The notes beneath the pieces were generated by a model that saw only the letters and a program-made list of their open reading frames with translations, did no database searches and was not told where the DNA came from. The position numbers and the translations under genes were made by a program. From NCBI GenBank assembly GCA_050287085.1, contig JBNKBE010000033.1, forward strand, positions 1 to 47,529: a stretch of 47,529 nt of DNA. Reading direction: 5' to 3'. Shown one piece after another: positions 27,916 through 37,323 of the stretch; position 1 is the first letter of the stretch, and the number at the start of each line of letters is the position of its first letter. Source of the DNA: Polyangiaceae bacterium. GTDB lineage: Bacteria; Myxococcota_A; Polyangia; Polyangiales; Polyangiaceae.

Positions 27916-28683
27916 CTATCGGCTGGCGCCGTTGCCTATCCAAGTCTCAATCAGGCTCAACTCATCCGCGGTCAAGCACGTGCCTTGGTCGCTGCATCCC
28001 GCCGGCATTTGGGGCAAAGTGCAGGGCTCCTCGAGGGGCCCATTGACGACCTGAAATAAGACGCTGCTCTCCGGATCGCCCGCTGCGATCGGGAGCTCCC
28101 CCCAACACAGGTTGGTCTCGAGCATCGAGGTAAGTCGCAGATACAGGCCCGCCGGATCGTCCGACGTGAGATCGATGAGGTCCGTTTGTTGGTCGCCGCT
28201 CCGGTGGCACTCGGTGCAGCGTGTATTGAGAAGCTCGGCAACCGCCATGAATTCTTCCCCGAAGGTCTCATTGGCCTCACCGCCCTGGCTTTCGGCGCTG
28301 CCGCCTTCACCCGAGGCGCCCCCGGTTTCAAGCCCGCCGGTACCCCCTATGTCCGCGCCGGCGCTTCCCGAGTCTCCGCCATTCGAGGCCCCGGCTCCGC
28401 CTGCGCCAGGACTGCCGCCGATGGTGTCCGCGCCTCCCCCCGCTGCGCTTTCGCCTGCACTGCCGTCCGGCACTCCCCCCGTTCCACCGGTTGACGACCC
28501 AGCCTCGGCGCCTTGGCCCGCATTGCCCCCGGTTTGGGGCGCGCCCCCCGCGCCGGCGAGCGTGCCTGCGAAGCCGCCTTCGGCGCCAGGGCTGGGTTCG
28601 CCCGAATCGGTACCGCAGGCCGCTGCGCCCAATGTGACGACGAGTGCGATGGCCCCACGAGAGGTCGACAAGAGATGACTCAT
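27916..28683 (-). CDS. Lipoprotein with a monoheme cytochrome c-like domain (planctomycete cytochrome c type)
   Basis: Lipobox AAA-C; Gly-rich linker; CTECH heme motif; GDPESS-x-L...QMP...L...IETWI-x-NGA tail. Confidence 0.72.
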   Translation of the reverse strand: MSHLLSTSRGAIALVVTLGAAACGTDSGEPSPGAEGGFAGTLAGAGGAPQTGGNAGQGAEAGSSTGGTGGVPDGSAGESAAGGGADTIGGSPGAGGAGASNGGDSGSAGADIGGTGGLETGGASGEGGSAESQGGEANETFGEEFMAVAELLNTRCTECHRSGDQQTDLIDLTSDDPAGLYLRLTSMLETNLCWGELPIAAGDPESSVLFQVVNGPLEEPCTLPQMPAGCSDQGTCLTADELSLIETWIGNGASR

Positions 28684-29054
28684 GGATTTCACTTTCACGT
28701 GCTTCTGCGTCTGTGGCCAGCACTATCCGTGGTCACACCCTTCCTTGATCGCTGCTCCGGACCGCAACACCGTGCTTGACCTTGCAAAGTTCTAGTCGGC
28801 ACGCAACTCCGTACGAGACGGAATTCAGGGCTCGGGTGGACGATTGCGATATTGCAGGTGTACTCGGAGATCGCGTTCACCTCGCAGATCAAGCTGTTGG
28901 AGTGTCGTCGCTTTCACCACTCCTCTCAGTCCCGCTCCAAGAGGTACCGATCCGGGGAATCGATGCGCCGATTGAGAGCGCTGGGTTGCATCTCATCATG
29001 TTGCCCACGACTTTTCTTTCGCTCAGCGGCAGCTCTGTGACCATGGTTCTATCG

Positions 29055-30491
29055 ATGGCTCATTCGCAGGTTGCCCAATCTCCGCTTTCATCGTCTTGGT
29101 CCCGTTTGGGCGTCACGCGCCTCCAAGCGGTGGGCGCTGGCCTTATTGTGGTCCTGCTCAGCGCTTGTTCCTCGGAGCACGAGCGTGCGAAAGAGGCGAC
29201 CGTAGAGGGACCCGTTGCCGGTGGCGGTCAGGGGGCGATGGAGGAGGGCGGCGGTCAAGGGGGGACGACTTCTCACGAGGGCGGCGCCGCTGGCATGGAT
29301 GACCCAGACACTGCTAGTGGGGGCGCAGCTAGTGGGGCCGCAGCTGGCGGGGGCGCTGAGTCCGTCGCCGGCAGCGGCGGGATGAGTGAGAATACGGCTG
29401 GGGCAGCAGGGGGGACCGCCGGCTCAGCTGGAGCCGCAGGCATGGCGGGACAAGGAGGGGCTGGGGTCGAGATGCCGGAGGGGCAGGTCTTCGACATGGC
29501 GCTCGACATGGGGTTAGGTACCAACATCGGCAACACCTTCGACAATACGCTGATGTGGGAGACGGGCTGGGGGCAACCCGTGGTGACCCAAGAGTACATT
29601 CGAGGCTTGGCGGCCAATGGGATAAAGACGGTCCGTGTCCCCGTCGCTTGGGATACTTACGCCGCCAATGGCGTCGTCAATGCGCAGCATCTTGCGCGCG
29701 TTCGAGAGGTCGTCGGCTGGATCGACGACGCGGGGCTATATTCGATTGTGAACATCCATTGGGACGGTGGCTGGATCTTCAACGAAAACAACGAGAACGA
29801 GTACCATCTGACCGAAGACGTCAAGAGCAAGTTCGTGTCCTACTGGCAGCAGATTGGCCCAGCTTTCGCCGACGTGGGGCACCATCTGATCCTCGAGGGC
29901 CTGAATGAAGAAGTCCGCTTCTTTCTGGATGGCGCGGCCAATAAACAGCCCGACTACGTGGCGACCAATGAACTCAATCAACTATTTGTCTCGACCATCC
30001 GCGAGCTAGAGGGCTTCAACAAGACTCGCGCGCTGCTCATCGCGGGGTTCCAGACCAATATTGAACTCAGCTGCGTTGACGACTTCGCGGTGCCGGAAGA
30101 CCCTGCAGGCCCAGGGAACATCTTCCTGTCCTTGCACTACTATACGCCGTTCACGTTTGCCCTCATGGAGGAGGAGGAGAGTTGGGGGTCGCCTACGACC
30201 ACGTGGGGTAGCCCTGCGGAGGAGGAGGAGCTCGACACCCAATTCGCGATCCTTGGCGACTGCAGCGTCCGGAAGCAGATGCCGATTATCCTTGGCGAGT
30301 TCGCCGTCACACGCGGTCAGACCTTCGTTCGTGAGCCGGAGTCTCGAACACGCTGGATGGCCGCCGTCATGAGGAGCACCTGGGCCCGCGGCGGGGTGCC
30401 CGTGTTGTGGGACACAGACTCTGAGATCTCGCGCACCGACGGCTCATTTTCGCCGGAGCTGCAGGCCGCGATTGAGCAGGCGAAGCACTAG
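29055..30491 (+). CDS. Lipoprotein glycoside hydrolase family 5 (endoglucanase/xyloglucanase-like, GH5_4-like)
   Basis: MGLGTNIGNTFD, WGQP, VRVPVAW, IVNIHWD, acid/base GLNE, LHYY, nucleophile IILGEF, VLWD; lipobox LSA-C. The exact start is uncertain (29043 or 29055). Confidence 0.9.
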   Translation: MAHSQVAQSPLSSSWSRLGVTRLQAVGAGLIVVLLSACSSEHERAKEATVEGPVAGGGQGAMEEGGGQGGTTSHEGGAAGMDDPDTASGGAASGAAAGGGAESVAGSGGMSENTAGAAGGTAGSAGAAGMAGQGGAGVEMPEGQVFDMALDMGLGTNIGNTFDNTLMWETGWGQPVVTQEYIRGLAANGIKTVRVPVAWDTYAANGVVNAQHLARVREVVGWIDDAGLYSIVNIHWDGGWIFNENNENEYHLTEDVKSKFVSYWQQIGPAFADVGHHLILEGLNEEVRFFLDGAANKQPDYVATNELNQLFVSTIRELEGFNKTRALLIAGFQTNIELSCVDDFAVPEDPAGPGNIFLSLHYYTPFTFALMEEEESWGSPTTTWGSPAEEEELDTQFAILGDCSVRKQMPIILGEFAVTRGQTFVREPESRTRWMAAVMRSTWARGGVPVLWDTDSEISRTDGSFSPELQAAIEQAKH

Positions 30492-30507
30492 GCAGCGCAG
30501 CGTCCGT

Positions 30508-30963
30508 TTACAGAGCGTTGAACCAGTCTTCGACGCACTTGCGTTCGCTGGAGGTCAGCTCGGGTGCCCCCCCCTGAACCCACGGCATATCAGCTCCGCA
30601 TCCGTCGGGCTGGGTGCCCAGCACCTTGCGAAGTATCAAGCTGTCGCCGGGGTTGGTCAGGTCTATGTACTTCGGAAGTGCTGAGCAGGTGCTCGTTGCC
30701 GCCATGATACCCTCCAAGGCGTCGTTGCCACCGCGCATGTCGGGGGCAAATGCTCCGCTGTGACAACTCTGCGCTGCGCAGCCGCTGAAAACCGACTTCA
30801 TGCAGTTTGTCAGCGTGGGCGGGGAGTCCGCGGGGCTATCGTTCGGATCGTCGTCACTGCCGTAGAGCTTTCCGAGCTCATCTTCGAATTCGAGCTTCTC
30901 TTGCTCTGAAAGCGTTCCAGGAGAGCAGCCGAGCAGAACCAACGCGAGGACGCAGCGTTTCAT
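30508..30963 (-). CDS. Small lipoprotein with an atypical CX4CH cytochrome c-like domain
   Basis: MKRCVLALVLLG-C lipobox; CAAQSCH; NPGDSLIL...CG-x-DMP...E-x2-CVEDW tail resembling 27916-28683. Confidence 0.65.
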   Translation of the reverse strand: MKRCVLALVLLGCSPGTLSEQEKLEFEDELGKLYGSDDDPNDSPADSPPTLTNCMKSVFSGCAAQSCHSGAFAPDMRGGNDALEGIMAATSTCSALPKYIDLTNPGDSLILRKVLGTQPDGCGADMPWVQGGAPELTSSERKCVEDWFNAL

Positions 30964-30997
30964 CGGCGGGCAGCCTAGCAGCAAACTTCGGGAGGGG

Positions 30998-32521
30998 CTA
31001 TTGCGGACGTGCACGCAGTCGGCGCAGCGCGGCGCCGAGTTGCTGGGCGACTGCGATGGAGTTCATTGTGCTCCGACTCTCCTCGCCGGCGGCGGCCGCG
31101 GCGGAGGCGTCTTCAGCCTTCAGCTCGATACCCATCGCGGGATATGCGGCCTGCGGAGCTGCCGCGGCCGGCAAGACCCCCGCGCGCCTCTTTGCGACAT
31201 TGTCGTCAGCCAATGCGGCGTAGGGGCTCACGGCGGCTGGTGTCCTGCGGCGCGCGGCGCGGGCGCGTCGCCATTGTTGTGCCAGAACCTCAACAGCATC
31301 CGCGAAAGGACCGTCCGGGAGTTGTTGCCCGTTGGCGAAGAGGGCGCCGGCTGAGCCCAGATGCAAGCGGCGTCCGAGCGCGAGGTCGTCGTCCACTTTT
31401 AGCCCGGGCGCCCCGCCGATTGGGCTGAAGTCGTCGGGGTTCGGGACGGTTGCGTCGTCCGTATTGATTGCCGTGTTGAAATACGAGGTCTGCAGCGCTG
31501 TCCACGCGTCGCTAGCAGAGAGGTTTGCTAGGTGTTCATGCTTGGCTCGAGCACTTGGACGTTCTGGACGATGTTTGAATACCAGCTGTATCTGGTTGCG
31601 GCCAAAAACGGATTGTAGCCGGCGGGCGCGCAGCCAGTGCCGCTCGCAGCGCGCTCCCTCCAAGCAGAAGAAGCCGACCAGCTTCACCGGCGCAGCGGGC
31701 GAGCCGAGCACCCAATCGTCCTCCGTAATGGAGATGAGCGCGCTCGAGTCGAGGCTCTTGCCACCGGCAGAGCGACTCACTTCGTTGGACGGCAAGAGCT
31801 GGCTGAAGTCGGGGCACAGCGCCGTCCGAGGGCCATCGTCGTGGGGGGCGAGACGGCGACGAAGAGCTTCGGCCATGATTTCTGCGACGATGTCCGGTGC
31901 TGGGGCTAGCACGCGAAAGCCCTCGACGAATAGGGCGGGCGCGCTGTACGCGCCCAGCGCCAGCGCCGCGTCCATGTCGCTCATGAGCTTTGCCGGCGCG
32001 TTGCAAGATTCGAGGCTACGCGACGTTGTATTGTTGCCAGGAGCGAACACCGTCTGCTGCTTTGACAATGGGTCAGGCCCCAATGGAGCGGCATAGCCGT
32101 GTTCCAGGTAGCTGCCTGGCGCGGTGCATTCGTTGACGAGCGCAGCCAGGGCGGGTTCAGCGAGGGGCCCCGAGCGCTGCTTCGGCAGCTGGCGAACGCT
32201 CAGGCGTACCGCGGAGCGCCGATAGTGCGCAACTTCATCAGCTACCGTGGCGAGCACCACCTGCGAGTTGGTCTCCGTCACGTCGTAGAAGAGCTCCACG
32301 TGAACGGCCGCGTCCGGGGCACCGTCGGAAACGGGGGCGGCTGTTGCTTGCAGGGCTTGCCAGGCATCGGAGCAGAGGAGGGCAGGGGGCTCTGCGGCGT
32401 CGCCGCCGGGTGTTGGTGAGGGGGTCATGCCGCGTCTTGGGGCGCAGCCGGCGACGGATGCGGCCGCGATGAGCACCGCCGCCAGATGGCGGGTCGAGTG
32501 ACGCCGCGAGGCTTCGCGCAT
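30998..32521 (-). CDS. Lipoprotein with two degenerate DsbA/thioredoxin-like domains lacking CXXC
   Basis: GAPDAAVHVELFYD...APALFVEG and GSPAAPVKLVGFF...LVFKH...ALFANG follow the DsbA layout; lipobox VAG-C after ATG 32521 (start uncertain). Confidence 0.6.
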   Translation of the reverse strand: MREASRRHSTRHLAAVLIAAASVAGCAPRRGMTPSPTPGGDAAEPPALLCSDAWQALQATAAPVSDGAPDAAVHVELFYDVTETNSQVVLATVADEVAHYRRSAVRLSVRQLPKQRSGPLAEPALAALVNECTAPGSYLEHGYAAPLGPDPLSKQQTVFAPGNNTTSRSLESCNAPAKLMSDMDAALALGAYSAPALFVEGFRVLAPAPDIVAEIMAEALRRRLAPHDDGPRTALCPDFSQLLPSNEVSRSAGGKSLDSSALISITEDDWVLGSPAAPVKLVGFFCLEGARCERHWLRARRLQSVFGRNQIQLVFKHRPERPSARAKHEHLANLSASDAWTALQTSYFNTAINTDDATVPNPDDFSPIGGAPGLKVDDDLALGRRLHLGSAGALFANGQQLPDGPFADAVEVLAQQWRRARAARRRTPAAVSPYAALADDNVAKRRAGVLPAAAAPQAAYPAMGIELKAEDASAAAAAGEESRSTMNSIAVAQQLGAALRRLRARPQ

Positions 32522-32710
32522 GAGCAGGGGCCACGCGCAGCGGCTCTTCGAGTTGGCAGCTGTGGCGCGTGGGCGCTCCCTTTGACTTGCGAACATTCTG
32601 CCAGGAGTGTACGCAATTGCGAGGGTTAACGCCATTGGGATCGCCGACGGATCGCCCTGCAAGGGCGCTACGCGTCCGAAGTCGTCTCCTCGTCGCAGAA
32701 AGAACCAAGC

Positions 32711-34744
32711 ATGAACTCTGCTCATGTCCCAGCCCTTGGGACAGATCGTTGGCGTCAACGGATCGCTCGGACTGTTGGCGTCGGAGGGTGGCTGCTTGCG
32801 CTCGGCGCAAGCGTTGGCTGCGCGGGTTCGCCCCCGCGCGGTCCGGCAAGGGGTTCGGAGACGCCTGCAGCGCCCGCGGTGCTGCGTGAGCCGGCTCCGG
32901 AACGGCTGCTATTGTTGCGGGTCGCTTCACCCAAACGTTGGCTAGTCGAAACCCAGCTGTTGTCGCGAGTGCAAGCGGTGCTGGGCAAGAAATCCAAGGC
33001 TGCTACGGAATTGTTGCGGGCAGCGGACTTGGGGCGTGCCATGGCGGTGGCGGTGGTTTTGGAAGCTGCACCTAGCGAGCCCGATCCCTTTGGTCCGATC
33101 CCTTTGCCAGGGGCTGATCACTTCGTGGCCGCACAGGGTGGTGAGTCGAGTTCCGCGTCCGCGCCGGAGGATAAGGCCTCCCGCCTTGATAGGGTTGAGA
33201 CCCTGGTGCAATTCGAGCTGAAAGACCCGGCATGGCCGTTGGCAAGTCGAGCGTTTCAGCGCCGCGGGCGGATCTTGCGCCATGTGGAGCTGCCGTGTGT
33301 GATCGGGTTAGACCAGAAGGCAGACCGCGTCGTGTGTTCCGCCACGGCGCGCAAGGCGGCGGGCTTGTTACACCATGTCGATACTTTGACCGCCAGGCAG
33401 ACGACAGATGCCGATATCGAGCTGGAATTGAATGCGGGGAGCTTTGTTGAAGACCTGGGCGAGCTCTTGGATCTAGTTCATCTGATTTCCCGGGCGGACT
33501 ACACAGATGAGCGCAGTCAGGGGGAAGCGTTGGGGGAGGACTTGCGCATTGCCGCGCTGGGTGAGCTCTTGCGCACCACACGCGACTTCGAAGGACTTCG
33601 TGTGGAGGTGCGCGACCAGGGTGCGGGCAAAGCGCTCTCCGTCGTGGCGAGGACACGGTTTGCGGCCGATCACGCGTGGCCGGTCGCTCTCTTCACCCGG
33701 GCCAAGCAGACGTCCACCCGTCGCTTGGAGTCACTGCTCGAACGGCTCGCCGCGGATGCTTCCTACGTGGCCTACGGTCGCCGCGCCCACCCGGACCAGG
33801 TGGAGGATATCAGGCGCTGGCTGCGCGCAGCGCTGGCGGCTCTTCCGGATGGCATCACGCGCGACACGCCGGAACTTTCCATCGTTTGGCCATGGGTGGA
33901 GGCGCCGTGTCTGGGAGTCGACTGGGCGCTCGCGCGGAGCGGACGGCAGGGGGATGAGGTGCAGCCAGTGGATCGGTGGCTGGCAAGTTACGTCGGCTGG
34001 AATTGGCTTGCTTTGGCAGACGGGGGGCAGTGTTTCGACCTGCTGGACGAGTCCCTTGCGCTCGCCTTCGAGTATGCGAAGCGGGCGCTTCCAAAGGAAC
34101 TGACTGTGCACGAGGGCGAACCTTGGCTAGTCCGCCTTGAAGACGGCTCAGTGCTTCAACTCTTTGCCTATCATCTTCGACTCCCGGCTGAGGCGCTTGA
34201 CGAGCTGTGGCCGGTACTGGCTGAGATCGGACTCGCGGACGTGGCCCGGGTGCAGCAGGCCGCTGGTGGTCTGTGGTTTACCCTGAGTGTTGGCCGCGGA
34301 CGCGGAGCGACCTGGGTCGGGCTTGGCCTTCTCGGACAAGAGGGGCCGCCGTCTACCGATCAGGGGGTATCGGCGGCGCTGCGGCGGGCTCTGGAGGGGG
34401 TGCAGCCAGCGCCGCCCTCGCTGCTTTCCGCGCTCCGTCGGCTCGGTGCTCCGTCGGCACTAGGCGCCAGTCTGCGCCCGTTTCGCGAAGCCGACGCGGG
34501 TCTGGGTCCGACCGTCGTCAGGGACGACAGCGAGGGGTGGACTTTGCTTCGGACGGCAAGCGAGCTGGTGGAAGCAAGCACGCTCGACGTTCGCCGCGAC
34601 GGGCGTGCGGTCGTGATCGAATACGCGCTGGAGGTCGCGCCGGATTGGCGCCGCTGGGTGCAGCGGTGGGCGGAGACCTTTGAGCTCAAGGCGCCCCGCG
34701 ACGAGCCGAGCTCGGCATTCGGCGAGGAGGACGAAGGGCTATGA
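32711..34744 (+). CDS. Hypothetical lipoprotein (677 aa)
   Basis: Long ORF with lipobox SVG-C; ATGA overlap with the downstream DsbA gene; no family recognised. Confidence 0.65.
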   Translation: MNSAHVPALGTDRWRQRIARTVGVGGWLLALGASVGCAGSPPRGPARGSETPAAPAVLREPAPERLLLLRVASPKRWLVETQLLSRVQAVLGKKSKAATELLRAADLGRAMAVAVVLEAAPSEPDPFGPIPLPGADHFVAAQGGESSSASAPEDKASRLDRVETLVQFELKDPAWPLASRAFQRRGRILRHVELPCVIGLDQKADRVVCSATARKAAGLLHHVDTLTARQTTDADIELELNAGSFVEDLGELLDLVHLISRADYTDERSQGEALGEDLRIAALGELLRTTRDFEGLRVEVRDQGAGKALSVVARTRFAADHAWPVALFTRAKQTSTRRLESLLERLAADASYVAYGRRAHPDQVEDIRRWLRAALAALPDGITRDTPELSIVWPWVEAPCLGVDWALARSGRQGDEVQPVDRWLASYVGWNWLALADGGQCFDLLDESLALAFEYAKRALPKELTVHEGEPWLVRLEDGSVLQLFAYHLRLPAEALDELWPVLAEIGLADVARVQQAAGGLWFTLSVGRGRGATWVGLGLLGQEGPPSTDQGVSAALRRALEGVQPAPPSLLSALRRLGAPSALGASLRPFREADAGLGPTVVRDDSEGWTLLRTASELVEASTLDVRRDGRAVVIEYALEVAPDWRRWVQRWAETFELKAPRDEPSSAFGEEDEGL

Positions 34745-37323
34745 GCCAAGGCCGCGGCAGAGGGTATGGACGGGCACCTCGCCGTGGCCGTCCTGTGGGC
34801 GTTTGGGGTCAGGCCTTTTTCGGGGCGCTCCTGCTAGTGGGTTGCCTCTCGGCGACACCTCGTTCCGAGCGCGTATCTCCCGCTGTGGCGGAGGAGGCAG
34901 CGCTAGAATTGGCGGCGCTCGCCGTAGATGCGATGAGTGGCGACCACAACGCCGAGGTCACGCTGACGGCTTTTGTAGATTTGAGCGACGCTCGCTCGCG
35001 CGCGCTGCTTCGCTGGTGGTTTGCTCTGGCGCCCGAGTTCGGACCTCACGTGCGCGCTGTCGTGGTACCACTGGGTGACGAGCGGCGGCCGCGCTCATCC
35101 GCCTTGGCTCTGAAGTTGATTTCGCAATTGCACGCGCTGGGCGGCGCTGGGTTTGAGCGTGAACTGCGGCGCGAGCTGGGCGCTTCGGAGGGTGAAGATG
35201 AGCTCATGGGTTCCAGCGAGGAGCCGAGGGTGGTGCCGTTTGCGCGGGAGCGTCTCTTTCGATATCAAGAGCTGGCTCACGAATTGGGGCTGGTCGGGGC
35301 TCCGGCGCTCTACGTCAATGGGCGAGGTATCAGGGAGGTGAAGAGCCGCGCGGCGCTTCGCCGGACCGTTGTGGAGGCGGGGCGCGAGGCAAGGCGTCGT
35401 CCGCGTTCTTATTCCGATACCGTTGCGCGCAACTTCACCCCCTCGCCCTTCAGAACGGAGGTCCGTTTCCAGGGAGAGGCGTTGGACGCGAAGCTGCCCG
35501 TGCCGATCTTGCCGACGGATCCGGTCTGGGGGCGCGCGGATGCTCCCGTAACCTTGGTGGAGTTTTCCGACTTTCAGTGTCCGTTCTGTCGGCGCGCGCA
35601 GACGGTTTTAGGTGAACTAAAGGAGAAGTACGGTACATCCCAACTGCGCATCGTGTGGAAGGATAACCCTCTGCCCTTTCACAAGCGAGCGCGGCCGGCC
35701 GCAGAAGTCGGCAAGTTGGTCTATGCCCTCGGAGGTGACTTCTGGCGTTTTCACGACGCCGCTTTTGCCGGGCAGAAGGACCTTTCGGAGGAGAGACTGC
35801 GGACCTGGGCCATTGCCGCGGGGGTGTCTGCCGAAGGCTATGATGCCGAGCGGCAAGATGCACGCTACTCCAAGCTAGTGGAGCAAGACATGGTTGCGGC
35901 GCGTGCCGTGGGGGCCAAGGGGACGCCAAACTTTCGCATCAACGGCCGCGCAATAAGCGGCGCGCAGCCGGCATCGCGCTTCATCCAAGTTATCGACGCG
36001 GAGTTGGCGGCTGCAGCAGAGCTGCGCAAGCACGATATTCCTCCTGAACAGATTTCCTATCGCCGGAGCCAGGAGAACTATTCAAAAGGCGCGTCGAAGT
36101 CCCGCGCGTCGAAGTCCCGCGCGTCGCAGCCGGTTCGCGCTCCGGACGCGCAGGTGTGGCGTGTGCCCGTCTTCAGTGATGATCCGGCGCGCGGCCCCGG
36201 GGACGCGCTGGTGACGTTGGTCGTCTTTTCCGACTTTCAGTGTCCGTTCTGCCGCCGCGTCGAGCCGACCCTGGACGAGCTCCGTCGCCGCTATGGTCGT
36301 GACCTGCGGATCGTGTGGAAGGATAACCCTCTGCCCTTTCACAAGCGCGCGCAGCCCATAGCGCGCATCGGTCGTCTGATCTTTGAGCAAGCCGGCAACG
36401 ACGCGTTTTGGCGCTTTCATGACGCCGTCTTCGCAAAGCCGGCGTGGCCAAGCGATGACGAGCTGGTTGCGTGGGCAAAAGAAGCGGGCGTGCCGGCTTG
36501 GCGCGCCGAGCGCCTCCTGGGCGCTGCGGAACCCAACCAGAAACTGGAGCAGAGTATGGCGCTTGCAGTGGATCTAAACGTTCGCGGGACGCCCCACTTT
36601 TTCATCAATGGCCGGCGCCTTGGCGGCGCGCAACCAATCGAACACTTCACCCAATTGATCGATGAAGTGATGGGTCCGGCACGTGCGGCGGTGGAGCGAG
36701 GGGTGGCTCGCGATGCCGTCTATGAAGCCGTGACCCGCAATGGCAAGCAACCTGAAGGGCCAGAGCGACGCGAGCCGCCCGCTGTGCCCCATGATGCACC
36801 GACGCGGGGTCCGAAGAATGCGGAGGTGATTGTGCAGGTCTTTTCCGACTTTCAGTGTCCGTTTTGTGCTCGCGCTCAGGTCGTTTTAGAGCAGCTTCGG
36901 AAGCAACATCCCGAGATCTGCGTTGTCTATCGACACTTGCCGCTACCCTTCCACAAACAAGCGGCCCTGGCTGCGGAAGCCGCGGTCGAGGCCTATGCGC
37001 AGGAGGGCAACGACGGGTTCTTAGCCTTTCACGATCTGCTCTATGCTCATCAAAAAGAGCTCGATCGCGAGGCCTTGATTCGCTACGCGCAACAGATCGG
37101 GCTCGACGTGAATCGCTTTGAAGCCGCCCTGGAGGCGCGCGTGCACAAGGCGCGGGTCGAAGCGGATATGGCGGCAGCGCGTGAGGCGAAGGTGACCGGA
37201 ACCCCCGCATTCTTCGTCAACGACTACTTCATCGCCGGCGTTCAGCCACTTTCCGTCTTCGAGCGACGACTCAGCCTCATTGCGGACGCCTCTCGAGGTG
37301 AACCTGCCGGAGCGCGGCCATGA
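34741..37323 (+). CDS. Multi-domain DsbA-family thiol-disulfide oxidoreductase lipoprotein (1 degenerate plus 3 CPFC domains)
   Basis: FSDFQCPFC three times, each with PLPFH and a GTP-x-F cis-Pro loop; the N-terminal domain (VTLTAFVDLSDARS...GAPALYVNG) has no Cys; lipobox LVG-C. Confidence 0.9.
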   Translation: MSQGRGRGYGRAPRRGRPVGVWGQAFFGALLLVGCLSATPRSERVSPAVAEEAALELAALAVDAMSGDHNAEVTLTAFVDLSDARSRALLRWWFALAPEFGPHVRAVVVPLGDERRPRSSALALKLISQLHALGGAGFERELRRELGASEGEDELMGSSEEPRVVPFARERLFRYQELAHELGLVGAPALYVNGRGIREVKSRAALRRTVVEAGREARRRPRSYSDTVARNFTPSPFRTEVRFQGEALDAKLPVPILPTDPVWGRADAPVTLVEFSDFQCPFCRRAQTVLGELKEKYGTSQLRIVWKDNPLPFHKRARPAAEVGKLVYALGGDFWRFHDAAFAGQKDLSEERLRTWAIAAGVSAEGYDAERQDARYSKLVEQDMVAARAVGAKGTPNFRINGRAISGAQPASRFIQVIDAELAAAAELRKHDIPPEQISYRRSQENYSKGASKSRASKSRASQPVRAPDAQVWRVPVFSDDPARGPGDALVTLVVFSDFQCPFCRRVEPTLDELRRRYGRDLRIVWKDNPLPFHKRAQPIARIGRLIFEQAGNDAFWRFHDAVFAKPAWPSDDELVAWAKEAGVPAWRAERLLGAAEPNQKLEQSMALAVDLNVRGTPHFFINGRRLGGAQPIEHFTQLIDEVMGPARAAVERGVARDAVYEAVTRNGKQPEGPERREPPAVPHDAPTRGPKNAEVIVQVFSDFQCPFCARAQVVLEQLRKQHPEICVVYRHLPLPFHKQAALAAEAAVEAYAQEGNDGFLAFHDLLYAHQKELDREALIRYAQQIGLDVNRFEAALEARVHKARVEADMAAAREAKVTGTPAFFVNDYFIAGVQPLSVFERRLSLIADASRGEPAGARP
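36091..36126. repeat. Coding tandem repeat, about 2.4 x 15 bp (GCGTCGAAGTCCCGC; ASKSR)
   Basis: Read directly, in a linker between DsbA domains. Confidence 0.85.
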
